A stretch of DNA of 35,547 nucleotides from an uncultured Verrucomicrobiota bacterium (GCA_964539075.1 CAZIFU010000263.1:1-35547), one strand, 5' to 3'. Shown: positions 1 to 9,657, counted from the first letter of the stretch. Notes: generated by a model not told the origin, from the sequence alone. Numbers and translations are program-made.

Positions 1-630
1 CTTTCGGCCGTGGAGACGAAGGTCATTCCCACCGGCGACATCCCGGTCACGGCCATCCGCACCTTGAGCCAATCCAAGGACGATTACGGTTTTATCAGCC
101 GGCGTGCGGAGCAGGTTTTTGGCAAGGTCCGCGCCGCCGACGCGGACAAACTCAAGCTGATCGCCGCGAAGAAAAAAATGATTCTCGGCGGCCAGCCCGA
201 CATCGCGGCGGGGCACGAGGTGGCGAAGAAAACCTGCCTGGTGTGCCACAAATTTTACGGCGAAGGCGCGGAAGTCGGCCCGGACCTGACCGGCTCGGGG
301 CGCTCGACGCTTGAGGCGCTCTTGGCGAACGTCATTGATCCGAACCAGATCATCGGCAAAGGCTACGAGAACGTGGAGATCGAAACCAAGGACGGTCGCA
401 GCGTCAGCGGCCGGGTGATCGAGGAGAGTGGCGCGCGCGTGAAACTGCTTTCCGCCGGGCCGAAGGAGGATGTCGTGGCGCGTTCGGACATCGAGCGGAT
501 GCGGGTCAGCGAACTGTCGGTGATGCCCGAAGGGCTGGAACAAATGCCCGACGCGGATTTTCGCAACCTGATCGCCTTCCTGCTCAACCCACTACAGGAA
601 GGGAAGCCTTTCAACTGGCAGGACAACTGA
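1..630 (+). CDS. C-terminal part of a heme-binding (cytochrome c-like, CxxCH) domain protein of the Planctomycete/Verrucomicrobium type; 5' end lies outside the window
   Basis: The reading frame is open from nt 1 to the stop at 628-630. The CLVCHKFYGEG heme-binding motif is present. The tail ...SELSVMPEGLEQ... is typical of the PSCyt/putative heme-binding domain family. Confidence 0.7.
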   Translation, partial: LSAVETKVIPTGDIPVTAIRTLSQSKDDYGFISRRAEQVFGKVRAADADKLKLIAAKKKMILGGQPDIAAGHEVAKKTCLVCHKFYGEGAEVGPDLTGSGRSTLEALLANVIDPNQIIGKGYENVEIETKDGRSVSGRVIEESGARVKLLSAGPKEDVVARSDIERMRVSELSVMPEGLEQMPDADFRNLIAFLLNPLQEGKPFNWQDN

Positions 631-632
631 GG

Positions 633-1769
633 CTACTTCATCCGACGCAGCACGCGCACGCGGTGCGCTTCGCTGTCGCCGATGAAAATCGAGCCGTCCG
701 CGTCCACAAACACGCCGTGCGGCCGGGACATTTTGCATTTCAGCGGGTCGCCGTCCGGGCCGTCGCCCTTCTCACCGGTGCCGGCGATCAGTTCGAGCGT
801 GCCATTTTTCACGTCGATCATCCGAATGGAGTGGCTCTCGGTGTCGGCGAGGTAAACGTTGCCGTCCGGACCGACGCTCAATCCTTTGGGGCCGGACAAC
901 GCCGCCCGTGTAGCCGGGCCGCCGTGGCCGGTGAATCCTTTCTGGCCGTTGCCGGCCGCGTGATGAATCGTTCCGGTTTTGAGGTCCAGTTTGTAAACCG
1001 CGTTGCCTTCGCGCAGCGCCAGCCAGAGATTGCCCGCCTTGTCGAAATCAATCGCGCGCGGGCCGTTCAAGGGAGCGCCGGAAATTTTCGCGCCGTCGGG
1101 CGCCGGCGCTTTTTGCCCCGTGCCGGCGAACGTCCGGATGACACCGGTCTGCATGTCCACCTGGCGGATGCGGTGGTTGCCGATATCGCAGATATAAAGG
1201 CCGCCGCGCGAATCGAACTGGAGGCTGTGCGGTTGGGTCATCGCCGCCTGGGTGGCCGGGCCGCCGTCGCCGGAGAACCCGGGCTGGCCGGTGCCGGCGA
1301 CGGTCGAGATGATTTTTGTTCTGGCGTCCACGCGACGGACCAGGTGGCTCTTCATTTCCACGAAGAACAGATTGCCCGCTTTGTCGAAACGGATTTCGTA
1401 AGGCTCGTTGAGCTGCGCCTGGAGCGCGGGACCGCCATCGCCGGAATACCCGCGCTGGCCCGTGCCGGCCACGGTGGCAATTTTTCCGTCGGGGGAAATT
1501 TTGCGGATGCAATGATTCCCCATGTCACAGAGGTAGAGCGCGCCGTCCGGCCCACGGGCGAGGCCGAAAGGATTGTTCAACTTCGCCGCCGCCGCCGGGC
1601 CGCCATCACCGGAAAAACCAGCCTGGCCGGTGCCGGCAAAAGTTTCGATCGCCCACTTCCCGCCCGCCGCGGCCGCCGGCAGGGAAACGAAGCCCGGCAC
1701 GAAGGCCGTCACGCTGACGGCGAGGATCACGCAGGCAAAAACGCGTCGTGTAAAACGGAATAAGGTCAT
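633..1769 (-). CDS. Secreted NHL-repeat beta-propeller protein
   Basis: The 483-aa track ORF was trimmed to the internal ATG at 1769, which is followed by the signal peptide MTLFRFTRRVFACVILAVSVTAFV. There are at least five repeats of the GTGxxGxSGDGGPA...L..P NHL pattern. The ATG overlaps the upstream gene's stop by 4 bp (ATGA). Confidence 0.8.
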   Translation of the reverse strand: MTLFRFTRRVFACVILAVSVTAFVPGFVSLPAAAAGGKWAIETFAGTGQAGFSGDGGPAAAAKLNNPFGLARGPDGALYLCDMGNHCIRKISPDGKIATVAGTGQRGYSGDGGPALQAQLNEPYEIRFDKAGNLFFVEMKSHLVRRVDARTKIISTVAGTGQPGFSGDGGPATQAAMTQPHSLQFDSRGGLYICDIGNHRIRQVDMQTGVIRTFAGTGQKAPAPDGAKISGAPLNGPRAIDFDKAGNLWLALREGNAVYKLDLKTGTIHHAAGNGQKGFTGHGGPATRAALSGPKGLSVGPDGNVYLADTESHSIRMIDVKNGTLELIAGTGEKGDGPDGDPLKCKMSRPHGVFVDADGSIFIGDSEAHRVRVLRRMK

Positions 1770-3430
1770 GCGCCTTTGGCCGCGCTCGCGGCGAAATTGC
1801 GTCCGCGATACTGGCTGGCAACAACCACGAAAACCACCGCGACCCCGAATGTCAGCAGCGCGAAGAACAGGAAGCGCCCCGGGCTGACCGACGCATCGCC
1901 GTGGCCGCCGCCGAGCGAAGTCACCAGGGCGATCAGGAGCTGACCGATCGAGTTGGTGAGCAGCCAAAAGCTCATGATCGTGCTCTTCATCGAAGGCGCG
2001 GCCTGGCTGAACGCGAATTCCAGCCCCGTGACGGACACCAGCACCTCGGCAATCGTAATCACAAGGTAGGGACCGGTCTGCCACATCACGCTCATCTTTG
2101 CGCCGCCGTCAATCTGCGTTTGCAGCCACGCGACCAGCAGGTAGGACGACCCGGCCAGGAACATTCCAGCAGATATGCGGCGCAGTTGGGAGACGCGCAC
2201 GCCGAGTTTTTCCACGGCAGGATACAACCAGAAGGTCATCAGCGGGATGAGCACCATCACCAGCAGCGGGTTCATGGACTGCATTTCCTCCGGGCCAATG
2301 GTCCAGGAAAATTTACTGCCGAACAAATCGAATGCCGGCGTCCACGCCACCATCTGAGTGCCTTGGAGCACCCAGGTGGAACTGTTCTGTTCGAACAGCG
2401 CCCAGAAGATGGGGATCCAGGCAAAAACCGTCAGGATCGGACTGACGGACCGGGCGGCTTCAATCTCCGCGTCACTGAACCGGCTCCGGGCCGCCGACCA
2501 GAACGCGTCCGGCAAATTGGTCCATTTCAGCAGCACGCCGGCGAGCAGCAGCGCATACCAGAGGCCGATGATGACGAGGGTCACCTGGCCAACGAACGGA
2601 TGGGCGTTGTGACTCAAGGAAACGTACACCATCAACGGCACGGCCAGCAGGGGCAGACCGAGACTCGACAGGAAGTTCGCGACCACCGCCAGCGTCAAAA
2701 AGCCCTGGTTGCGGTCAAAGTTTCGCAACGCTGCCAGGTAAACTTTGACGAAGCCGGCGGTCTTGGTCTCCCTCGCTGGCGGCTTGCGCACATAGTGTTT
2801 GGTGCCGAGCCAGAAGATGAGCGTGGCCAGGCCCATCAGGATGCCCGGCACCCCGAACGCCCAGCCGTAGCCGCGGTGGCGGGCGATCGCCGGGATGACG
2901 AGGAACGAAAAAAACGAGCCGAAGTTGACCGAGAAATAAAACGCGCCGTAAGCTTTTTGCAGCAAGTGCTGCTGGTCCGCGCGGAACTGGTCGCCGACGA
3001 ACGCCGACACGCAAGGCTTGATGCCACCCGAGCCGAACGCAATCAGCGACAAACCGGTGTAAAGGCAAATCAACTTGGCGCCCACGGTGGTGAAGCAGTC
3101 CGCGGTGGCCAGCACGCCATGCCCCAGACAGTAGAAGAGCGAGATGTAAAGAATCGTGTGGTAGCGGCCCCAGAGCCGGTCGGCGACCCAGGCGCCGAAC
3201 AGCGGCATGAAATACACGGCAAAACCAAAGACGTGCATGATCGTCGTGGCCGTGTCTTTCGTCTGCAGCAGCGTCTGCGTGATGTAAATGGCGAGGATGC
3301 TGCGCATCCCGTAGTAGCTGAAGCGTTCGCAGGCCTCGTTGCCGACGATGAACTTGATTTGCGCCGGAAACCGGCCGGTGCGCGCGGCCGGAGCGGCCGC
3401 GGTGGCGGAGGCGGTATCAGACGTTGCCAT
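1766..3430 (-). CDS. Proton-dependent oligopeptide transporter (POT/PTR2 family, DtpT-like MFS)
   Basis: The start was trimmed to the ATG at 3430. The POT signature ACERFSYYGMRSILAIYIT is present, and the protein is a polytopic 12-TM-like hydrophobic protein. Stop and start overlap with the downstream NHL gene. Confidence 0.85.
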   Translation of the reverse strand: MATSDTASATAAAPAARTGRFPAQIKFIVGNEACERFSYYGMRSILAIYITQTLLQTKDTATTIMHVFGFAVYFMPLFGAWVADRLWGRYHTILYISLFYCLGHGVLATADCFTTVGAKLICLYTGLSLIAFGSGGIKPCVSAFVGDQFRADQQHLLQKAYGAFYFSVNFGSFFSFLVIPAIARHRGYGWAFGVPGILMGLATLIFWLGTKHYVRKPPARETKTAGFVKVYLAALRNFDRNQGFLTLAVVANFLSSLGLPLLAVPLMVYVSLSHNAHPFVGQVTLVIIGLWYALLLAGVLLKWTNLPDAFWSAARSRFSDAEIEAARSVSPILTVFAWIPIFWALFEQNSSTWVLQGTQMVAWTPAFDLFGSKFSWTIGPEEMQSMNPLLVMVLIPLMTFWLYPAVEKLGVRVSQLRRISAGMFLAGSSYLLVAWLQTQIDGGAKMSVMWQTGPYLVITIAEVLVSVTGLEFAFSQAAPSMKSTIMSFWLLTNSIGQLLIALVTSLGGGHGDASVSPGRFLFFALLTFGVAVVFVVVASQYRGRNFAASAAKGA

Positions 3431-3565
3431 AAATCGTTGGTGCCGGGACGGGCTGTTCCTTAGCGCAAGGGGAGCGGCCTGGCGAGAATTTTTTCCCAAT
3501 GGACCGGCCCGCGGGTGTTTCTCAGCGTTGAGGACGTCCGACGCAGGAGTCGAAAAGTTCCAAAT

Positions 3566-3680
3566 TCCAAGCTCCAACCTCCAGAGAAACATCAAACTCC
3601 AAGTCTCAAAGGGCGCCTGAAACGTTGTTTGGTGTTTGAGATTTGTAGCTTCTCTGGTGCTTGGAGGTTGGAGCTTGGTG
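3566..3680. repeat. Imperfect palindrome of about 110 bp in the divergent intergenic region between the POT transporter gene and the 3796 membrane-protein gene
   Basis: ccaagctccaacctccagagaa ... ttctctgg(tgcttgg)aggttggagcttgg, with an inner pair caaactccaagtctcaaa/tttgagatttgtag. Confidence 0.5.
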
Positions 3681-3795
3681 CTTCGCTCATCCCATGCTCA
3701 GATGTGATGCGGCCGGCGCGCGTCTTAAAATGGTCCGCGCCGGGATGCCTTTTTCCGGCTGTTGCCCGGCGGCGGCAACTTGCTAAAAGAACCGT

Positions 3796-4299
3796 GTGGC
3801 AGACATTTATTGGAACCTTTTCACCGAATTGGTGCGTACGCCCTTTGAGCACGTGGACCTCATCTGGGGCATCGTGCCGCTTTACTTCGGCTGGCTGGTC
3901 AACGAACTGACCTCCAACAAAGCCTCCTATCGCACCGCGCTCAACACCGGTTTCAGCTTCCTGTGGGCCGGGGCGCACTGGACCTGGCAAGCCCTGGCCG
4001 CGCGCCCCGCCGCCATACCCAAGGTGAACCTCGACACCTTGCTGGCCGTGAACGTGATGGTGACGCTGCTGGTATTGTGCCTGGGCGTCGTGGCGCTGGT
4101 GAGCGGCTTGCGGCGGAAATTTCCGCGCCACGGGTCCTTCCTCGGTCACGCGCGCTTCGGCAATTATTTCATGATCGCCCTCTTCCCGATGCAGGCGCAT
4201 TACCTGGCGTGGACGTGGGACCGCGTGATTGCGATCCTGATTTTTGCCTTGCCGCTGTGGGTCGTGCTCCACTTCGGGCTGGCGCCGCTCCGCAAATGA
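3796..4299 (+). CDS. Hypothetical small integral membrane protein (4-5 predicted hydrophobic helices)
   Basis: 167-aa ORF with a GTG start. It has several 18-22 residue hydrophobic stretches. It lies divergent from the POT gene. No recognisable family. Confidence 0.5.
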   Translation: MADIYWNLFTELVRTPFEHVDLIWGIVPLYFGWLVNELTSNKASYRTALNTGFSFLWAGAHWTWQALAARPAAIPKVNLDTLLAVNVMVTLLVLCLGVVALVSGLRRKFPRHGSFLGHARFGNYFMIALFPMQAHYLAWTWDRVIAILIFALPLWVVLHFGLAPLRK

Positions 4300-4400
4300 A
4301 GGGCTCTCCGGCCGCGCGCCTGACAGGTCCTGAATTCCCCGTAATTCCCTTTGACTCAAGGGAACGCTCCGTTATCCTGTCGCGCCTGTGTGGGTTTCTT

Positions 4401-5657
4401 ATGGCGAAATTGACGGTCAACGATGTGAATTGGCGCGTCCGGCGCGTCCTGGTGCGCGTGGATTACAATGTGCCGATGGAAGAAAAAAACGGCGAGATGA
4501 TCATCACCGACGCCACGCGCATCCAGGAAACACTCCCGACGCTCGAATGGCTCATCCGCCAGGGCGCCCGCCTCATTCTGGCCGCGCACCTGGGCCGGCC
4601 CAAGGGCCAGCGCGAGCCGTCGCTATCCCTGCGCCCCGTGGCCGCCAAGCTCGCCGATCTGCTCTGCCGTCCGGTGGCGTTCGTGGACGATTGCATCGGA
4701 GAAAAGGTTGAAAAAACCGCCGGCCTGTTGAAAGAAGGGGACGTGCTGATGCTGGAAAATGTCCGCTACTATCCCGAGGAGGAGGCCAACGACCCGGCCT
4801 TCGCCGAAAAGCTCGCCCGGGTCGCGGACGCTTACGTGAACGACGCCTTCGGCGCGGCGCATCGCGCCCACGCTTCGACCGAGGGCGTGGCGCGGGTCAT
4901 TGCCCGGCGCGGCGGACCGTGCGCGGCGGGCCTGCTCATGGAACGCGAACTCAAATTCCTCGGCGACGAACTCGAGGCGCCCGCCCGCCCGTTCGTGGTC
5001 ATTCTCGGCGGCGCCAAGGTTTCGGACAAAATCAAAGTCATTGACCGCCTGCTCGAAAAGGCCGACACGATCTTGATCGGCGGCGCCATGACCTACACGT
5101 TCCGACTCGCGCACGGCCGGCAGACCGGGAAGTCGCTCGTCGAACCGGACAAGGCCGACCTGGCGCGCGCGGCCGAGGCCAAGGCGGCGAAGCGCGGCGT
5201 GCAATTCCTCCTGCCGGTGGACGACGTTGTCGCCACTCCGGTGGACTCGGGCCGGCTCAACAAAAAGGGCAGACCGGTGTTCGACCTGCAAAACCCGCGC
5301 GTCCACACGCAACCGGACTTCCCGGTCGACGCGCAAGGTCTGGACATCGGTCCGGCGACGACCGGGCGTTACGCCGAGGTGATCCGCGCCGCGAAGACGA
5401 TTCTCTGGAACGGCCCGATGGGGATGTTCGAGGATCCGCGATTTGCCGAGGGCACGTTCGCCGTTGCGCGCGCGGTGGTGGCGGCCACACAGGAAAACGG
5501 CGCCAGGAGCATCATTGGTGGCGGCGACAGCGTGAAGGCGCTCAAGGTCTGCCAGCTCGGCGAGCAGGTCACCTTCATGAGCATGGGCGGCGGGGCGAGC
5601 CTGGAGTTTCTGGAAGGCGCGGTGTTGCCGGGCGTCGCCGCCCTCACTGACAAGTAA
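4401..5657 (+). CDS. pgk: Phosphoglycerate kinase
   Basis: The start was trimmed to ATG 4401 (MAKLTVNDV...). Matching motifs are RVDYNVP, LAAHLGRPKG, ILGGAKVSDKI, the canonical length of about 418 aa, and the conserved pgk-tpiA synteny. Confidence 0.95.
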   Translation: MAKLTVNDVNWRVRRVLVRVDYNVPMEEKNGEMIITDATRIQETLPTLEWLIRQGARLILAAHLGRPKGQREPSLSLRPVAAKLADLLCRPVAFVDDCIGEKVEKTAGLLKEGDVLMLENVRYYPEEEANDPAFAEKLARVADAYVNDAFGAAHRAHASTEGVARVIARRGGPCAAGLLMERELKFLGDELEAPARPFVVILGGAKVSDKIKVIDRLLEKADTILIGGAMTYTFRLAHGRQTGKSLVEPDKADLARAAEAKAAKRGVQFLLPVDDVVATPVDSGRLNKKGRPVFDLQNPRVHTQPDFPVDAQGLDIGPATTGRYAEVIRAAKTILWNGPMGMFEDPRFAEGTFAVARAVVAATQENGARSIIGGGDSVKALKVCQLGEQVTFMSMGGGASLEFLEGAVLPGVAALTDK

Positions 5658-5668
5658 TATCATCCTTT

Positions 5669-6436
5669 GTGGACAAACAACGCAAACTCCTCATCGCCGG
5701 CAATTGGAAGATGAACAAGACCGTGGCCGAGGCGCTGGACCTCGTCAACGGTCTGAATCGCGAGCTGGGCAACGTGAAGGAAGTGGACATCGTCATCTGC
5801 CCGCCGTTCACCGCCTTGAGCGAAGTTTCCAAGGCCATGCTCGATTCCAAGAGCATCCGGTTGGGCGCGCAGAACATGAGCGAGCACAATTTCGGCGCAT
5901 ACACCGGCGAGATTGCCGCCGGCATGCTCAAGGAATTCTCCGTGCGCTACGTCGTCCTCGGCCACTCCGAACGGCGGCAGTATCAGAAGGAGACCGACGC
6001 TCTCATCAACGCCCGGACCAAGGCGGCGTTGGCGGCGTCGCTCAAGCCGATCGTTTGCGTGGGTGAAACGCTGGCCGAACGCGAGGCCGGCCTCACGGAG
6101 AAAGTCGTCGGCGCGCAGATGCAAGGGTGCCTGGCCGGTCTGACAAAAAAGCAGATGGAAGAAACCATCCTCGCCTACGAACCGGTCTGGGCCATCGGCA
6201 CCGGCAAAAACGCGACCGCCAGACAGGCGCAGGAGGTGCACGCCTTCCTCCGGCGGCAACTGGCCAGACTCTTCACCGAAGCGGTTGCCAAACGGGTGCG
6301 CCTGCTCTACGGTGGCAGCGTGAAACCCTCCAACGCCCGCGAGTTGATGAGCCAGTCTGACGTGGACGGGGCGCTGGTGGGCGGAGCTTCATTGGAAATC
6401 CGCAGTTTTTCCGACATCGTGAAAAATTCCATCTGA
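5669..6436 (+). CDS. tpiA: Triosephosphate isomerase
   Basis: GTG start 11 nt after the pgk stop. Motifs IAGNWKMN and AYEPVWAIGTGK (TIM signature), with GGASLE near the C-terminus. Confidence 0.95.
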   Translation: MDKQRKLLIAGNWKMNKTVAEALDLVNGLNRELGNVKEVDIVICPPFTALSEVSKAMLDSKSIRLGAQNMSEHNFGAYTGEIAAGMLKEFSVRYVVLGHSERRQYQKETDALINARTKAALAASLKPIVCVGETLAEREAGLTEKVVGAQMQGCLAGLTKKQMEETILAYEPVWAIGTGKNATARQAQEVHAFLRRQLARLFTEAVAKRVRLLYGGSVKPSNARELMSQSDVDGALVGGASLEIRSFSDIVKNSI

Positions 6437-6448
6437 CAACAACGACCT

Positions 6449-6880
6449 ATGAGCTTATTGATCGGATTTTTGACGTTCATCCTGGTGATGAACTGCCTTT
6501 TTTTAATATTGCTGGTGCTGGTTCAACTGCCCAAGAAGGACGCCGGCGCGGGCACGGCCTTCGGCGGCGGCGCCACCGACGCGTTGTTCGGCGCGGGCAC
6601 CGGCAACGTGTTGACCAAACTCACCAAATACTCCGCCGGGGTTTTCCTGGGCCTTTCACTCCTGCTGTCGGTCCTCAACATCAGCGCGCATACCCGGAGC
6701 GGCGAGGGCTTGAAAAGGGAGTTGGAAAAGAAAGCGCGTGTTCCGGCGCCCGCCGTGCCCGATTCGGTCAAGTTGCCCGCCGGCTTCTCGAACACGAATC
6801 AGTCTCCCGGCACCAGCGGCATCGGCCAGCTCAATATCATCGTCCCGACGAACCCACCGCCGGACGCACCGAAGAAATAA
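6449..6880 (+). CDS. secG: Preprotein translocase subunit SecG (with extended Pro-rich C-terminal tail)
   Basis: Two TM helices flank a Gly-rich loop GAGTAFGGGATDALFGAGTGNVLTKLT, which is characteristic of SecG. The tpiA-secG synteny is conserved. Confidence 0.8.
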   Translation: MSLLIGFLTFILVMNCLFLILLVLVQLPKKDAGAGTAFGGGATDALFGAGTGNVLTKLTKYSAGVFLGLSLLLSVLNISAHTRSGEGLKRELEKKARVPAPAVPDSVKLPAGFSNTNQSPGTSGIGQLNIIVPTNPPPDAPKK

Positions 6881-6902
6881 CTTCGTGCCAGGAAGGCGCG
6901 TC

Positions 6903-6937
6903 GGGCGCCGCGGAAAAACTTCCGGCGGCGATTTTTC
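6903..6937 (+). terminator. Putative rho-independent terminator after secG
   Basis: GC stem cgccgcgg/ccggcggcg with loop aaaaactt, followed by ATTTTTC. Confidence 0.5.
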
Positions 6938-7016
6938 AATTGTGGTATGAGGCATGAGGTATGAATGCATCGGGACGCGCCTTGAGTTTCATATTTCCCG
7001 CCTCATACCTCATACT
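6938..7016. repeat. REP-like imperfect palindrome built on the GGTATGAGG / CCTCATACC motif. It overlaps the start codon and signal-peptide codons of the downstream binding-protein gene.
   Basis: ggtatgaggcatgaggtatgaatgcat...cgcctcatacctcatac. The same motif recurs at 10567-10660. Confidence 0.6.
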
Positions 7017-8604
7017 TTTCCTCCTCGCCGCCTGCGCCCGCCGCGAGCCGCCCGCCGACCTGGTCATCATCAACGGCGCCGAACCCGGCTCGCTCGACCC
7101 CGCCCTGGCCATCAGCCTGGAGGAGTTGCGCGTGGTGACGGCGCTCTTCGAGGGCCTGCTGCGCTACGATCCTCAAACCGGCCGGCCCGTTCCGGGACTG
7201 GCCGACCGCTGGGAAGTTTCGCCCGACGGCCGGACCTGGACGTTCCACCTGCGCACCAACGCCGTCTGGTCCACCGGCGAACCGATCCGCGCGGACGACG
7301 TGGTGTATTCCTGGCGGCGCGTGCTCGACCCGGCCACGGCGAGCGATTACGCGGGCCAGTTATTCTACCTCAGCAACGCCGAGGCCTTCAACAGCGGCAA
7401 ACTCAAGGATCCGTCGCAAGTGGGCGTGCGCGCGCTCGACGACTTTACTGTCGAGGTCGAGTTGAACCATCCCACGGCGTTTTTCCTCGACCTTTGCGCG
7501 TTTCAAACGCTCGCCGTCGTGCCGCGGCAAACCATCGAAAAGCTCGGCGATCGCTGGTTGCGCGCGCGCCCGTTGCCGGTGAGCGGCCCGTATCAACTCG
7601 AGGCCTGGCGCGTGAACGACAAGGTGCACCTGCGCAAAAACCCGCGTTACTGGGACGCCTCCCACACGCACTGCGAGCGGGTGGACCTGCTCCCGATCAC
7701 CACGCCCAACACCGCGTTCAACCTTTACGAGGCCGGCCACGCGGACATCATCTGGGACAAGGAACTCGTGCCCGCCGAACTCCTCGAAGTGCTCCGCACG
7801 CGGCCCGACTACCATGCTTTCGATTATCTCGGCACCTACTTCCTGCGCTTCAACACGACCCGCAAACCGTTCGACGATCCGCGCGTCCGCAAGGCGCTCA
7901 CGCTCGCCATTGACAAGCAGCGCCTCGTCGAAAAAATCCTCAAGTCCGGCGAAAAAACCGCCACGCATCTCGTGCCGCCGGGCGTGGCCAATTACCAGTC
8001 CCAGGCCGGCCTGCCGCATGATCCCGCGCAGGCGCGGCGGCTGCTGGCCGAGGCGGGCTATCCGGGCGGCAAAGGGTTCCCCGCCTTCGCCTACCTGTTC
8101 GATTCCGCCGCCGGGGGCGCGGCGAAAATTCACGCGAAGATCGCCGTGGAAATCCAGCAGATGTGGCGGCAGGAACTCGGCGTCCAGGTCGAGCTGCGCC
8201 AGATGGAAAAAAAAGTTTACCTCAAGGCGCAGACGTCGCTCGACTATGACGTGAGCCGCAGCAGTTGGATCGGCGACTACAACGACCCGAACACGTTTCT
8301 CGATTTGTTCATGAGCAACAACGGCAACAACCGCACCGGCTGGAAGAACGCGTCTTACGACCGGTTGATGCGCGCGGCCAACATGGAAATGGATGTCGCC
8401 CGGCGCGCCGCGCTGTTGCGCCAGGCCGAGGCGATGCTCGTGGCCGACGAGGCGCCGATCGCGCCGATCTATTTTTACAGCGGGTTCAACTACTTCAATC
8501 CCGACCGCGTGGCCGGCATTTACCCGAACCTGCTCGACCTGCACCCGATCAACGCCATCCGAAAATTGAGCGGCGTGAGGCGGGCAGCGAGGAATGACCC
8601 ATGA
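6961..8604 (+). CDS. ABC transporter substrate-binding lipoprotein, family 5 (OppA/DppA-like peptide/nickel)
   Basis: Lipobox LLAAC after a hydrophobic N-terminus. The family-5 SBP region DRWEVSPDGRTWTFHLRTNAVWSTGEPIRADDVVYSW is present. It is followed by two permease genes. Confidence 0.9.
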   Translation: MNASGRALSFIFPASYLILFLLAACARREPPADLVIINGAEPGSLDPALAISLEELRVVTALFEGLLRYDPQTGRPVPGLADRWEVSPDGRTWTFHLRTNAVWSTGEPIRADDVVYSWRRVLDPATASDYAGQLFYLSNAEAFNSGKLKDPSQVGVRALDDFTVEVELNHPTAFFLDLCAFQTLAVVPRQTIEKLGDRWLRARPLPVSGPYQLEAWRVNDKVHLRKNPRYWDASHTHCERVDLLPITTPNTAFNLYEAGHADIIWDKELVPAELLEVLRTRPDYHAFDYLGTYFLRFNTTRKPFDDPRVRKALTLAIDKQRLVEKILKSGEKTATHLVPPGVANYQSQAGLPHDPAQARRLLAEAGYPGGKGFPAFAYLFDSAAGGAAKIHAKIAVEIQQMWRQELGVQVELRQMEKKVYLKAQTSLDYDVSRSSWIGDYNDPNTFLDLFMSNNGNNRTGWKNASYDRLMRAANMEMDVARRAALLRQAEAMLVADEAPIAPIYFYSGFNYFNPDRVAGIYPNLLDLHPINAIRKLSGVRRAARNDP

Positions 8605-8725
8605 CCAAGGCCCAATGACAAAGGAATTCCCCAGGGGCAATTCCCAAATAGAATATGGCGCTGAACCACGGCCTTGCGTCATTGGAATTTGGTCATTCCT
8701 TTGTCCTTGGTCATTGGACCTTGGA
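8590..8725. repeat. REP-like inverted-repeat array of AATGAC / GTCATT units in the binding-protein/permease intergenic spacer
   Basis: gaatgacccatgaccaaggcccaatgacaaaggaattcc ... gcgtcattggaatttggtcattcctttgtccttggtcattgg. The arms are extensively complementary. Confidence 0.55.
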
Positions 8726-8736
8726 CCTTTCGCACA

Positions 8737-9657
8737 ATGATGACTTATTTCCTCAAACGCCTCGCCTTCCTCGTCCCGCTGCTGCTGGTCATCAGTTTCC
8801 TGGCCTTCCTGCTCGTGCGCGTGGCGCCGGGCGGGCCATTCGACAAGGACCGCGCGCCGGCCTCGCCGGAGATCGAGCGCAACCTCAAGGCCAAATATCA
8901 TCTCGACGAGCCGCTGCTCCGCCAATACGCCCGCTTCCTCGGCGGCCTCGCGCAGGGCGACTTCGGTCCGTCGCTCAAATACCGCAATCACGACGTGACC
9001 GACCTGATCCTGCAAGGGCTGCCGGTCTCGCTGGCGCTGGGCTGGCTGGCCTTTGGCTTCGCGCTTGGGCTGGGCATCCCGTGGGGCGTGTTCCTGGCGG
9101 TGCGCCGTGGGCAGCTCGCCGACTTCGGCTGGGGCCTGCTGGCGTTGCTGGCGGTGTGCGTCCCGGGCTTCGTCGTCGGGCCGCTGCTGGTGATGGGGCT
9201 GGCCGTGTGGTGGCAGTGGTTCCCCGTGGCGTTGTGGGAATCGGCGCGGCACGCGATATTGCCGACGATCACGCTCGGCCTGTTTTTCGCCGGCAAGATC
9301 GCTCGGCTGATGCGCGAGAGCATGACGGCCACCTTGCAGGCCGGGTTCATCACCGCCGCGCGCGCGAAGGGCCTGGGCGAAGGCGCGATTCTTTTCCGGC
9401 ACGCCTTGCGTCTGGCCGTGCTGCCGGTGGTTTCCTATTCCGGGCCGATGCTGGCCGATCTGCTCACCGGCTCGTTCGTGGTCGAAAACATTTTTCAACT
9501 TCCCGGCGTGGGCGTGTTCCTGGTGAACAGCTCGCTCAACCGTGACTACACGATGGTCGTCGGCCTGGTGCTGCTTTACGCCGCGCTGCTGCTCGTGTTG
9601 AACCTGCTGGTGGACGTGGCCTACGTGCTGCTGGACCGGCGCGTGACTTTGCATTGA
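8737..9657 (+). CDS. ABC transporter permease (OppB/DppB-like)
   Basis: The start was trimmed to the ATGATG at 8737/8740 (MMTYFLKRLAFLVPLLLVISFLAFLL...). The conserved YHLDEPLLRQY region is present, with six TM segments. Confidence 0.9.
   Translation: MMTYFLKRLAFLVPLLLVISFLAFLLVRVAPGGPFDKDRAPASPEIERNLKAKYHLDEPLLRQYARFLGGLAQGDFGPSLKYRNHDVTDLILQGLPVSLALGWLAFGFALGLGIPWGVFLAVRRGQLADFGWGLLALLAVCVPGFVVGPLLVMGLAVWWQWFPVALWESARHAILPTITLGLFFAGKIARLMRESMTATLQAGFITAARAKGLGEGAILFRHALRLAVLPVVSYSGPMLADLLTGSFVVENIFQLPGVGVFLVNSSLNRDYTMVVGLVLLYAALLLVLNLLVDVAYVLLDRRVTLH

Noticed and set aside
3963-4400. N-terminal 146-codon extension of the pgk ORF. Similar 5' extensions occur on the ORFs at 633-2084, 1766-3595, 8674, 10662-12188 and 29427.
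   Set aside because: The extensions are Arg/Pro-rich or overlap repeat elements. Internal ATGs give canonical N-termini (MAKLTVNDV for pgk, signal peptides for the NHL and anchored proteins, the MMTYFLKR permease start, MPVKKN for UXS) with better Shine-Dalgarno context or translational-coupling context.
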